Source of the DNA: Amphiscolops sp. MND2022
Taxonomy: Eukaryota
Reading direction: 5' to 3'
Assembly: GCA_964187785.1 (NCBI GenBank)
Contig: OZ076409.1
Span: forward strand, 42,410,001 to 42,474,000
Length of the DNA stretch: 64,000 bases
Of the stretch, positions 25,731 through 34,436 are shown one piece after another. The translations under genes were made by a program, and so were the position numbers. Position 1 is the stretch's first letter, and the number at the start of each line of letters is the position of its first letter. The notes beneath the pieces were generated by a model that searched no databases, was not told where the DNA came from, and saw only the letters and a list, made by a program, of their open reading frames with translations.

Positions 25731-28372
25731 AGCGTCAAAACCGGACATTATTAACCCTACTGCGAGTTTTTTGCTCCCGCCGTATGCGCGACTGGGACCA
25801 ATGTCTTGATGAGGTCATGGGCGCCTACAACTCTACGAGGCACGCCACCACTGGCTTCTCACCCTACATGCTGACCCGTGGTGTAGAGAAGGCCATCCCT
25901 CTCACGTTTTTGTATCCCGAATTTGCAGCCAAATCATTCGAGTCGCATGAGGCGTATGTCGATCATGTATTGGCTCGCCAGCAGGAAATACATGACTTGG
26001 TACGGCGTAACACGCACCAAGCCCAATTGCGTCAAAAGTTGAAGTACGACCGTGCTATACAAGCGCGAGCTTACCAAGTAGGCGAGCTCGTCTGGGTTTT
26101 TTGCCGCTACGTACCGCAAAAAGGTTCCCCGAAATTGATGCGTGCTTGGCGAGGCCCGCACAAGGTTGTACAAGTCTTTCAGGACGGTCGTGTCTATGTA
26201 CTCGACACAGGTCAAAAGGTTCATTTTGAGCGTCTTAAACCGCACCACAGTGGCCCATTTGAACTTGCTACTGCACACACGGACAGTGGTGAGGTGGTGG
26301 TACTTATGGACCCCGAACCTGAACGTTCCGTCGACGTAGTTGATGACGACAAGTCTTTATCGTCGTATAAACCCGAACAACTACTTTCAGAAGCGTCCGA
26401 TGCATCTTTGCCCTCACGTCGACGTCACTGGATGGGCACGCGACTACGCACGAAACTTCGCGCAGGCGGCTCCCGCCCGCATTATCAGCAATTTGACTAT
26501 TCCACCTCGGGTACTGATGACGAACTATCCGATGCCATGTTGCCGATACCTCCTAATCCAGTTGACGAGGATCTAGTGGAGCCTGCGGCTCCTCCGGTTG
26601 CGTTGGATCAGTCGATATCCCCCGCCCGTGTAATACCTCAACTGTTCTCTGACCATGAGCGCGTGCGCTCACCGTCTCCACAGATATCCTCCTCCGAAAA
26701 AGAAACATCGTTACCAGGAACCTCAGCATCCTTGTTGACGAACCCCTCGCTAACCAATTTCCTTAGTAACTATCCCATATGGCCGACCGCCCCTCCGATT
26801 CCTCTCAAATCTGCCAGCAGCGACAGCAACGTTCAGCCCGATCTGCCTGAAGTTCCCGAGACTTCGCCAGGAGCGGGGACCGCTCCTTCTTTTAAAAGGG
26901 GGAGGGGGAGACCACCCAAGGCACAGAAGAAACGGCTGATCCGAGCGAAAGCAAGGACGAGGAAGAAAGAAACACCGAGAAATGTCGAAACCGAAACTGC
27001 AATCCAGGCCGAAACGGAAGCTCCCAGAACTGCAGAGACGCTAACAGAGGCATCTGCAACTGCTCTTAGGTATCAACTAAGGAGTAAACGGCAGCCGCGC
27101 TACAAGTGTGGAACCTGCGGGCTGCGAGATTGTGTCTGCCTATTAGCTGTGAATGAGAACCGGAGGGCCGAGAAAACCTACTCAGCTGTAGAGCGGTCCG
27201 GAGACCACCCTGTAGACACTATCCTGGAGAAGTTGTCACTGCCCGGGGTAGCGAAGGCCCCTTGTCCTAGGTTTAAGGGGTGGACTAGCGATGGAAAGGG
27301 CCTGGAGTTTACCCTGCCCACGGTGTTGCCCCCTGTGCCCAGCAATATTGCGTTTGGACCATTCAATTTTGAAAGGGAACCTGTGCAGATGGCCCGATGC
27401 ATCACTGCCGACTTGTTATGCGATAAGTATGGAGTCCAGGTGGAACCAGGAGGGGTATACAGCCCGGCTCCTCACTGGTGGCTGCTGGTAACAGCTCCAC
27501 GAGTGGAGGCGATGGTGGAACCGTTGAATCTGTTATCCTGTCTAGAGAGTCTGAGGACCCTCACCACTGTGGACTTAATACTTTGCTTCCATATCATAGA
27601 CTGGTACCGGGGCAAGGTGAAGTTTGCATGGTGGCTGGAATTAATTATTACGTGTTTCGCCACCTATCCCAGAATTCGACTGTTAGATGAGTGGACTCAC
27701 ACTTTCGAGATTCCCCTGTTCCCCAAAGCCGCCCTGGGAACTTTAGATGCGTGGGTAAAGGCCGGCAGCGACAATCGAGCGATGCCCCGCTCAGTGTGGC
27801 AAGACCTGGCTGCAGTCCAAGGGCGTACGCCTCGCGTGTGTCTGCCCTCCGACAATGGTCCCGGACGAGAGATTGTTTACCCGGGAGCCCTGTATCCGAA
27901 TTCCGCCGAACATGTTTCTTACGATGAATCTGATTTTTTGCAGGCCGAGGGCGACATAGCGTTAGCATGCCCTGCTGACCTAAAGACCAACTCTGCCGCC
28001 TTGCGATATGTGCTGCGGGAGTGCGGCATAGAAGATGTATTTGCCTTACGACCTAAAGTGGGCGAGATTCTCACTATCCCGCCTGATGTGAACCCCAACC
28101 CTAACCAAAGTATTCACCTGTTAATAGTCCGTGCTAACGAGCGCGCACCGCTGCTGACCGATGACTACTTGCGCTGCATGACGTACTTGATACAGCGCCT
28201 GATAGACAAAGGATCCACACGGGTCCACTTACCCATTCTGGACCCCGAGAGACCGGCTTTCTCGTTGGTCAAACTGTACCATACTCTAACGAACATGTTC
28301 GAGGGTACTGGTATTCGCGTGGTTTTGCATAGCCGCGTATATGTATCAATATTAACTATAGGGCTGGAGTAG
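25724..28372 (+). CDS. pol: Pol part 3: integrase catalytic Glu and GPY/F domain, then a ~700-aa extension (AT-hook, Cys cluster, two macrodomain-like units)
   Basis: GLVERQNRTL, AYNSTRHATTGFSPY, WRGPHKV; KRGRGRPPK; CGTCGLRDCVC; C-terminal region follows the TARG1/OARD1 macrodomain pattern. Confidence 0.9.
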   Translation: MVERQNRTLLTLLRVFCSRRMRDWDQCLDEVMGAYNSTRHATTGFSPYMLTRGVEKAIPLTFLYPEFAAKSFESHEAYVDHVLARQQEIHDLVRRNTHQAQLRQKLKYDRAIQARAYQVGELVWVFCRYVPQKGSPKLMRAWRGPHKVVQVFQDGRVYVLDTGQKVHFERLKPHHSGPFELATAHTDSGEVVVLMDPEPERSVDVVDDDKSLSSYKPEQLLSEASDASLPSRRRHWMGTRLRTKLRAGGSRPHYQQFDYSTSGTDDELSDAMLPIPPNPVDEDLVEPAAPPVALDQSISPARVIPQLFSDHERVRSPSPQISSSEKETSLPGTSASLLTNPSLTNFLSNYPIWPTAPPIPLKSASSDSNVQPDLPEVPETSPGAGTAPSFKRGRGRPPKAQKKRLIRAKARTRKKETPRNVETETAIQAETEAPRTAETLTEASATALRYQLRSKRQPRYKCGTCGLRDCVCLLAVNENRRAEKTYSAVERSGDHPVDTILEKLSLPGVAKAPCPRFKGWTSDGKGLEFTLPTVLPPVPSNIAFGPFNFEREPVQMARCITADLLCDKYGVQVEPGGVYSPAPHWWLLVTAPRVEAMVEPLNLLSCLESLRTLTTVDLILCFHIIDWYRGKVKFAWWLELIITCFATYPRIRLLDEWTHTFEIPLFPKAALGTLDAWVKAGSDNRAMPRSVWQDLAAVQGRTPRVCLPSDNGPGREIVYPGALYPNSAEHVSYDESDFLQAEGDIALACPADLKTNSAALRYVLRECGIEDVFALRPKVGEILTIPPDVNPNPNQSIHLLIVRANERAPLLTDDYLRCMTYLIQRLIDKGSTRVHLPILDPERPAFSLVKLYHTLTNMFEGTGIRVVLHSRVYVSILTIGLE

Positions 28373-28667
28373 CCTTATCATTTTAGTTGTCCCCATTGTT
28401 CCTTTGCCCTCAGTCTTTGTAACAATTCTTGTAACAACCATGGAAGAGTCTTGAAATGCTCTCGAAATGTTAATTTGTCATGCTGTTTACTCAAAGGTTT
28501 TGTTCTAGTTCGTTAGTTAGTTAGAGTTAAATTTTAAGTTTGTAGTGGCCCCCTTACGGAGCCGATGTTGCATTGCTGCAATTGAGGGACGAACCGGCCC
28601 ACGGCTCGCTCCAGAAAGAACTTGCCCCTGTAAGCCTAACAGTGGTCCTTTTTAGACCTATGCATTA

Positions 28668-31394
28668 ATGGCCCATTGCCCAAACAGTTCAGCGCCTGCA
28701 ACAGGGTCTAGTAGTGCAAGGCCCCAGGAATCTGCGCGAGCGCAGAGGGTCAATCAGGCCCAATATGTCGAAGAGAGGCTGCGGGACGGTCTTTCGCCAG
28801 TAGCCGTAGCTGGGGTGGCTGCCTTACTGACCCAGCTTGAATCGATGCAAATGCTGCCAAATGCATCCTTGTCGATCACTACGGAGGTGGCAGGCTATCG
28901 TCGCACCTTGACGTGCACCAACAATGCCTGGGATGGGTACGACCTGACTCACCAGTTCTTGGACGAAAGATCAATCACAGTGCATGGCCCCAGCCAGGGC
29001 ACCAGATTCGAACAAGAAGCATCACTGCGTATGATGCCCGTCAACGTCCCATCGCTGCCTTCTATCTCGGCACCGAATCCAGTGCAGATGACGCCGTATT
29101 CTAGCTCACTTGCTTATGGGGCACCATATGGAACCCAGGCAACGATGACGCAAAACACTACCAATCAATCAGCCTCAAGTCGGGAGCCCTCGGGGTCCCA
29201 ACTGCCATCAGTGCCTAATCTAAATCTTACCGGACGGAGTGCCAGCGAGCAAGCGGTGATTGTGGCCCTGCAGGCGGTCGCTAACTACCCCAACTCCTCT
29301 GACTTCGTTCGTGCAGTTGAGCAAAGGATTCCCGGATTGGCACACTATTTGCAAGCCGCAGCTCAGCCCTCGGGCTGTGTCACCCCACCCACCACCCTAG
29401 CCGAAGCTGTGTCTATGGAAGCAGAAACCACGGCTGGACCAAGCACCAGCGCTATAACATATCCCCGTGAGGAAACTGGACGGAAGCGACTTACTGAGGA
29501 AAACATCGTCGCTACACGCAACAATTCCGTGACCGAAAGTCCGACTAGTCGTCCTCCTCCGGACAAGCGAGCAGATGTACCCCAGCAATCGCAAATGAAG
29601 TGTGTAGTGGTCGTGAGGCCTCCATATCGCGTCTGCCACCTGGGCGTAGGCGCGCCTCAAATGTCCATGGCAGAGGCCATTAACCACTACGGCAGTGTGG
29701 ATGCGAATCCTGAAACGAATCCTGTGCCCTTGGGCACAGGCTCTGCCAACATGTCCCTGGAGGTGCCCGAGACAGTCGAAGAGACCAGCCCTCCCGCCTT
29801 TCGTCCCCCGTCAGATGATGTATCCGGCTCCGTGGTAACTAGCGATAGTAAACGCATCTGGATGGCAGCAGAGTGTTTGCACCCGAACACATGTGCGATT
29901 AGAAGGAGGGCACCGCCGTCGGACGCCGAGCAAAGAGAGGTGAGCAGAATCACCATTGCGGCTCAAATAACTCGATCGCTACATGCCCGTGATGCGGACC
30001 TAACTGAGCAAGCCTGGGAACAGCGTGCTCGAGAGCAACTGCCCGCCACACCCAACAACTACATGGCTCGCCTGCAGCACGACCTCACCGAGCAATTTCC
30101 CGCCAGGTACATATTGCGCGAAGGAGAAACCTGGGAAGCCAACGCCCGCTACGCTCGCAATATCAGGTCAATGAAGCCCCTCCTGAAAGCAGCTCTGCAG
30201 CGTGCGCGCTATTGTGTAGCGGTAGATTCGACATTCAAGAGTGATCTGCTTATCGATAACCTTCTGCCCGATGTGCTGGTGTTAACAATGCCACTCTCCC
30301 GCTTCGCCGAGGTCGCAGAGATGGTCGCGGTTATGTACGACCCAAACCTGAGAGGGTCCCTAAGAGAGCCGCCCCCGCGACGTGTAGTCTTCACCAACTT
30401 GATCGACCACATGGCTTGTGAAGGACTGCTACACAACCTGGATGCCCTCATGGCAGATACCCGTAGACCTGGGAATGTGGCGACCTTAGTAAACGTGGTT
30501 GCGGATGCAATGGAGCGTGCAGCAGGGATCCTTCGGGGTCGTCTGGGAGCGCTCGCGCTCTTCACATCCCCGCCGGGATTCATGTATTGGCAACGAAGCT
30601 TGCAGCAGTTTGTGTACATCTTGTCTGAGGTGTGCAAGGCGCGCCGAATCGAGTTTGCTATATGTGCGCCAAATCTTCGGGTTGATCGCGGAGACCTACG
30701 CCCCGATGCATTGTCATACCCTGCCTTCTTTGCTGCTGTATCAAGAGTGCTAATCACTGTGGAACGATCGGGAAATGCACAACTGACTATCGACGATGCC
30801 ATACTGTTCGACCATGGAATGTGTATGGGGCGAATGGCCTTCGACTCGGACGGGAATCGCGTCATGCGAGCATCTAACATGAGTGAGCGAGAGGCCGTTC
30901 GACGCTATAACTGGCTGGTGCGGAAAGACAAAGAGATTCCCGTACGAACAGAGCTGGCAGAGCTCGTGAAGGAAATTGAAACATGGCCTGCCACACGCAC
31001 GGTCGAAAGGACCATTCCCCAAATTCGGTTTGCCGCGGGAATAGAGCCTGTCAAGTTGCCCGTGGGCATGAGGCACGTCGTGGATGTGGAGGCGACCAAC
31101 TTGAAGACTGAAGTAGATGCCGCCGGATTAACGTATGCCGAATGGTATCAGTCCAGATTCGTGGACAGGACCTTGGCCGAGGTAGCTCAAGAGCTTAACT
31201 GTCCCTTGGAAGCCTTTTGCACCAGTCTCGGACTAGGCTGGAACATCGACGTAATAGCCTCTGAGTTCTTGCTCACCAATGTGCAGACTGACAAATTGTT
31301 GGAAACCATCGGCGAAACTACTGTAGGAGAGATGTTAGCGCTCGCGCTAACCATGGGCCCGACAAAGTTTGTGGAGGTCCCCTGGCTATGTTAG
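28668..31394 (+). CDS. Extra ORF3, N-terminal part (disordered N-terminus plus SGNH-hydrolase-like domain)
   Basis: 908-aa ATG-initiated ORF inside the LTRs; blocks YCVAVDS, TMPLS, VVFTNLIDH, RGDLRPDALSY. Confidence 0.8.
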   Translation: MAHCPNSSAPATGSSSARPQESARAQRVNQAQYVEERLRDGLSPVAVAGVAALLTQLESMQMLPNASLSITTEVAGYRRTLTCTNNAWDGYDLTHQFLDERSITVHGPSQGTRFEQEASLRMMPVNVPSLPSISAPNPVQMTPYSSSLAYGAPYGTQATMTQNTTNQSASSREPSGSQLPSVPNLNLTGRSASEQAVIVALQAVANYPNSSDFVRAVEQRIPGLAHYLQAAAQPSGCVTPPTTLAEAVSMEAETTAGPSTSAITYPREETGRKRLTEENIVATRNNSVTESPTSRPPPDKRADVPQQSQMKCVVVVRPPYRVCHLGVGAPQMSMAEAINHYGSVDANPETNPVPLGTGSANMSLEVPETVEETSPPAFRPPSDDVSGSVVTSDSKRIWMAAECLHPNTCAIRRRAPPSDAEQREVSRITIAAQITRSLHARDADLTEQAWEQRAREQLPATPNNYMARLQHDLTEQFPARYILREGETWEANARYARNIRSMKPLLKAALQRARYCVAVDSTFKSDLLIDNLLPDVLVLTMPLSRFAEVAEMVAVMYDPNLRGSLREPPPRRVVFTNLIDHMACEGLLHNLDALMADTRRPGNVATLVNVVADAMERAAGILRGRLGALALFTSPPGFMYWQRSLQQFVYILSEVCKARRIEFAICAPNLRVDRGDLRPDALSYPAFFAAVSRVLITVERSGNAQLTIDDAILFDHGMCMGRMAFDSDGNRVMRASNMSEREAVRRYNWLVRKDKEIPVRTELAELVKEIETWPATRTVERTIPQIRFAAGIEPVKLPVGMRHVVDVEATNLKTEVDAAGLTYAEWYQSRFVDRTLAEVAQELNCPLEAFCTSLGLGWNIDVIASEFLLTNVQTDKLLETIGETTVGEMLALALTMGPTKFVEVPWLC

Positions 31395-32947
31395 TCGAGC
31401 TGGTAGTATCCAGTGATCTAGTCACCTTTTACAGCTACCTGATCCTCGCGCAGGGACAGCTACGCAGCCTAACTCGATGGGGTCACCTCCTAAATTCCAA
31501 GGACCAACAAGATTATGTCACCCAGCTGGAACGCATGCGTGCGTCCCTCCAACATTGGTTGTATTCCACCCTAGTGTTCGCCTCTGGCTTGTTCGTAGGC
31601 GTGGATCAGTCGCAACCCCTCCACAATTCCGAGCGTCAACTCCCTGCGGAAACGGCGGGATTTCCTATGCCCCAGCAAATCGCCGATTTGACTCTGGCCG
31701 AAGTGGAGGACTTCGTGGCCGTTATGGCTTCCGTCCTGGCCCCAATCTTCGGTGCGGTCGGTGTGTGCCGGTATCCCACCAAACCACTGGCGAGAGCAGT
31801 ACAGGTGCACATGGTCTCCTTCTGCACCTATCTCCAAGGACGACCCCCGCTGACCTATCAGCGCATCGTACAGGCCGTATTGAGTGGCGAGATGCCGCAT
31901 GGGTATACCACCTTGAAGTCGGAGAAACAGCTGGAAGAGAACTTGATGGGTCTATTGCGTGCCCGCACACAAAAGGAGTGCCCTTTGCCACGAGAATACG
32001 GCCCAGTCAACTGGTACTCCGCGCCTCTCAGCCTGAATGGAGTCCCCTTTAGATTCCCTTGGTCGCAGGAGTTTATACGCAAAGTGATCCGTGCCAGCAC
32101 TAGTGCTGGTCCACCAATAGATCCCCTGTACGCCTTCAAGTGCATCACCTTCCCAAATCACTACTGGAAGGAGCCACTGGGATGGCCCAGAGCAAAACCC
32201 GTTGGTCGCGCCCCTGAAGCCTTCAATCGACAAATCCAGTATATGGAATTGGCTCAGATTCCGAATTGGATTGAAGGAGCAGCTCAGACTCGTCAGAGGA
32301 ACCTGCAAAGACGCGTGACTCCGTTCCATAGAAGAGCTGCCTGGAGACCGCAGGCCAAGATGACGATGTCAGGGGATATGTCCATCGTCCAGCACGATGA
32401 GATCAATACCGTGCTAGGCCCCGAAGCCCGCGCAGAGTGGGAAGGATATTGCTTGGAGCTGGAGATTGCCAGCTTCCCAAAATGGAAGCGAGCTTGCGAG
32501 CTCTGGAGTCAGCCTGGCTGGGTCTCCAAACGAATATCCTTGGCCGTGGAGAGTAGAGCTGAACTCGAGAGACAACAGGCGTTCGCGCCTGCCATGCTGG
32601 CACCCACAATGGCCATGTCATTAAGTCATCCCATCGACCGGCCCGTGACTCTGGATTTGCCTACCCATGTTCTACAGCCAGAGCCTGTGAGTGCACCATC
32701 GCCACAGGCCAGTCCTCAGTCATCGCAACCCCAAACCGGAGAACACGCCGCTGAACTGACCCCCAACACTATCCTGGTGCAGCCGATCGCCGATTTAGCG
32801 CTCCCAGAAGACCTATCAGACTCGGAAACAGTAGTTACTGTGGTTCCTGCTCAACGTAGAGCGTCAGTTGCGTTGGAAGATGCCAGCAATCCAGGAACTT
32901 CCGATGATGCCATAAAGAATCGAGCTCGACGCAGCTCAGCCCAATAA
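31388..32947 (+). CDS. Extra ORF3, C-terminal part (unknown function), probably contiguous with 28668-31394
   Basis: 519-aa ORF overlapping the previous one; adding one G at about 31375 gives the read-through KFVGGPLAMLVEL. Confidence 0.75.
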   Translation: MLVELVVSSDLVTFYSYLILAQGQLRSLTRWGHLLNSKDQQDYVTQLERMRASLQHWLYSTLVFASGLFVGVDQSQPLHNSERQLPAETAGFPMPQQIADLTLAEVEDFVAVMASVLAPIFGAVGVCRYPTKPLARAVQVHMVSFCTYLQGRPPLTYQRIVQAVLSGEMPHGYTTLKSEKQLEENLMGLLRARTQKECPLPREYGPVNWYSAPLSLNGVPFRFPWSQEFIRKVIRASTSAGPPIDPLYAFKCITFPNHYWKEPLGWPRAKPVGRAPEAFNRQIQYMELAQIPNWIEGAAQTRQRNLQRRVTPFHRRAAWRPQAKMTMSGDMSIVQHDEINTVLGPEARAEWEGYCLELEIASFPKWKRACELWSQPGWVSKRISLAVESRAELERQQAFAPAMLAPTMAMSLSHPIDRPVTLDLPTHVLQPEPVSAPSPQASPQSSQPQTGEHAAELTPNTILVQPIADLALPEDLSDSETVVTVVPAQRRASVALEDASNPGTSDDAIKNRARRSSAQ

Positions 32948-33712
32948 ACCCTGCCGCCAATGGGAGCGTTCGCGCTCCCTATAGACTCTAAACTCCGCCG
33001 AAACTGTGCCTTCAAACTTATCGCTTTAACCGGTGCTACCCGTACATGGTGCAATTTTTTGTTCATAGTTATTACTTAGTTAATGTATTGTTAGTAATGC
33101 GCTGGGTGTACGGCCAATAGAGTGCGCCTGCCCCAGCTGCTTCGCCTACAAAAGTAAAAAAGAATCTATTACCAAAGAGAAACTGCTATTTTTGTTGCGC
33201 ACCGTTCGCGGTGTTTTTGAGTTGCCATAGTCAAGAAAAAGTCTTAGCCTTTTAGTTACGGTTTTTGCTGTTTTTCCTTGTGTTTTGGTGTTCAAGCATC
33301 TTCTATCGACTGTCTAAGGAGTAGCCGAAGCGGCGCCCTCCCAAAAGAAGTTTTACGTTGCCCGAAATTGACCGAAAACTGTAAATGTCAAGTTGCATAA
33401 AAAAAGGAGATTTTAGCTGACCTTGGTCGCAAGAGAATTTTTAGCGAAAACTGCTTGCCCAAACGAGTTTTAACCGACTGAAAACCTTAGCTCTCGAGCT
33501 GGTGCTAAAACCTCGTTTGCATTTTTGTAAAAAATACTAGGCAGTAAAATTTTCCTTGAAAAAAAACCGCGAAATTTGCCAAAAATAGTTGCTGAAAAAC
33601 GAGGACTCGTCCTTGTCCCCTGTGATGTGGATGATGGTTCCCAGCAGTCACTGCGATGCCGTTTCCAGACGAGGCCAGATGCCGCTTGCCAGGGACGACA
33701 AGCCAGAAGCCC

Positions 33713-33721
33713 GGGGAGTGA
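33713..33721 (+). promoter_or_regulatory. Polypurine tract
   Basis: GGGGAGTGA directly abutting the 3' LTR. Confidence 0.75.
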
Positions 33722-34436
33722 TGTAACGGCAACTGCCCAAGTCAAAATTTTCGAAGCAAAAATTCGTTCAAATCTGACGTGGCACTCAAACATGCTCCAG
33801 ACGAAAGACCTGTCAGAAAAGCATATCAGAAATCAGAAATCGCCTCCCGCGAGAGACGACGAGAAGAGAAGACGTAGAAATCAGTCCCTAGAACACGGTG
33901 ATGTGCCCATCTTTGGCATTTACACTACATAGGTAACAGAAACCGGTGTTCCAGATGCTCGCCTGAAGATCCTGCGGTGTCCTGTGCGGTGACGAGCGCT
34001 AGCGCTGGGAAGCCATGGTCGATTCGTTCCTGTTAGATAACTCGAACTTCTGATATTGTTACGCTTATTGTGCTTTCCTTGTTGTAGTAGATTGATATGC
34101 TCGAGAGCTGCCCATTTAACATCTGTAGTTACCCTTTTTGATGTCGATTTTATCAGATTCTCCAATACTATGGCTCAACATTCTCCTGTTTTCAGCCCCC
34201 TTTTTAAAAGCTAATTGAGCAGTGGTCTTGAGACATGCAAGATGCCCGTTACTTTTAGCAGTTACAGACTAGGACCAGGCCAGAGAGTTTCCAACAAGAC
34301 GGTTCCCCCACCTTGGGACTGGCTCCTTCGGAGGGAAAATGAGCTAGGGCCGCGGAGATCTAAGTCCCGGATTACATTCGCTGTTCTAGTTCCTCCACTC
34401 TACGTTGCGGTTCAAGCGCCAGCGCTTATCGTTACA
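33722..34436 (+). repeat. 3' LTR
   Basis: Direct repeat of 15593-16307, same length, immediately preceded by a purine tract. Confidence 0.97.

Larger units (their letters stand above)
15593..34436 (+). mobile_element. Full-length giant Ty3/Gypsy LTR retrotransposon (18,844 bp)
   Basis: Two direct 715-bp LTRs (TGTAAC...GTTACA), PBS, PPT, domain order Gag-PR-RT-RH-IN; internal region is clearly more GC-rich than the flanks. Confidence 0.97.

Noticed and set aside
28668..32947. Calling ORF3 env
   Set aside because: No signal peptide, clear membrane anchor or fusion-protein Cys pattern recognised
18845..33066. Many antisense and alternative-frame ORFs inside the Gypsy (e.g. 30209-30880, 23681-24247)
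   Set aside because: Shadows of long GC-balanced coding frames with no motifs
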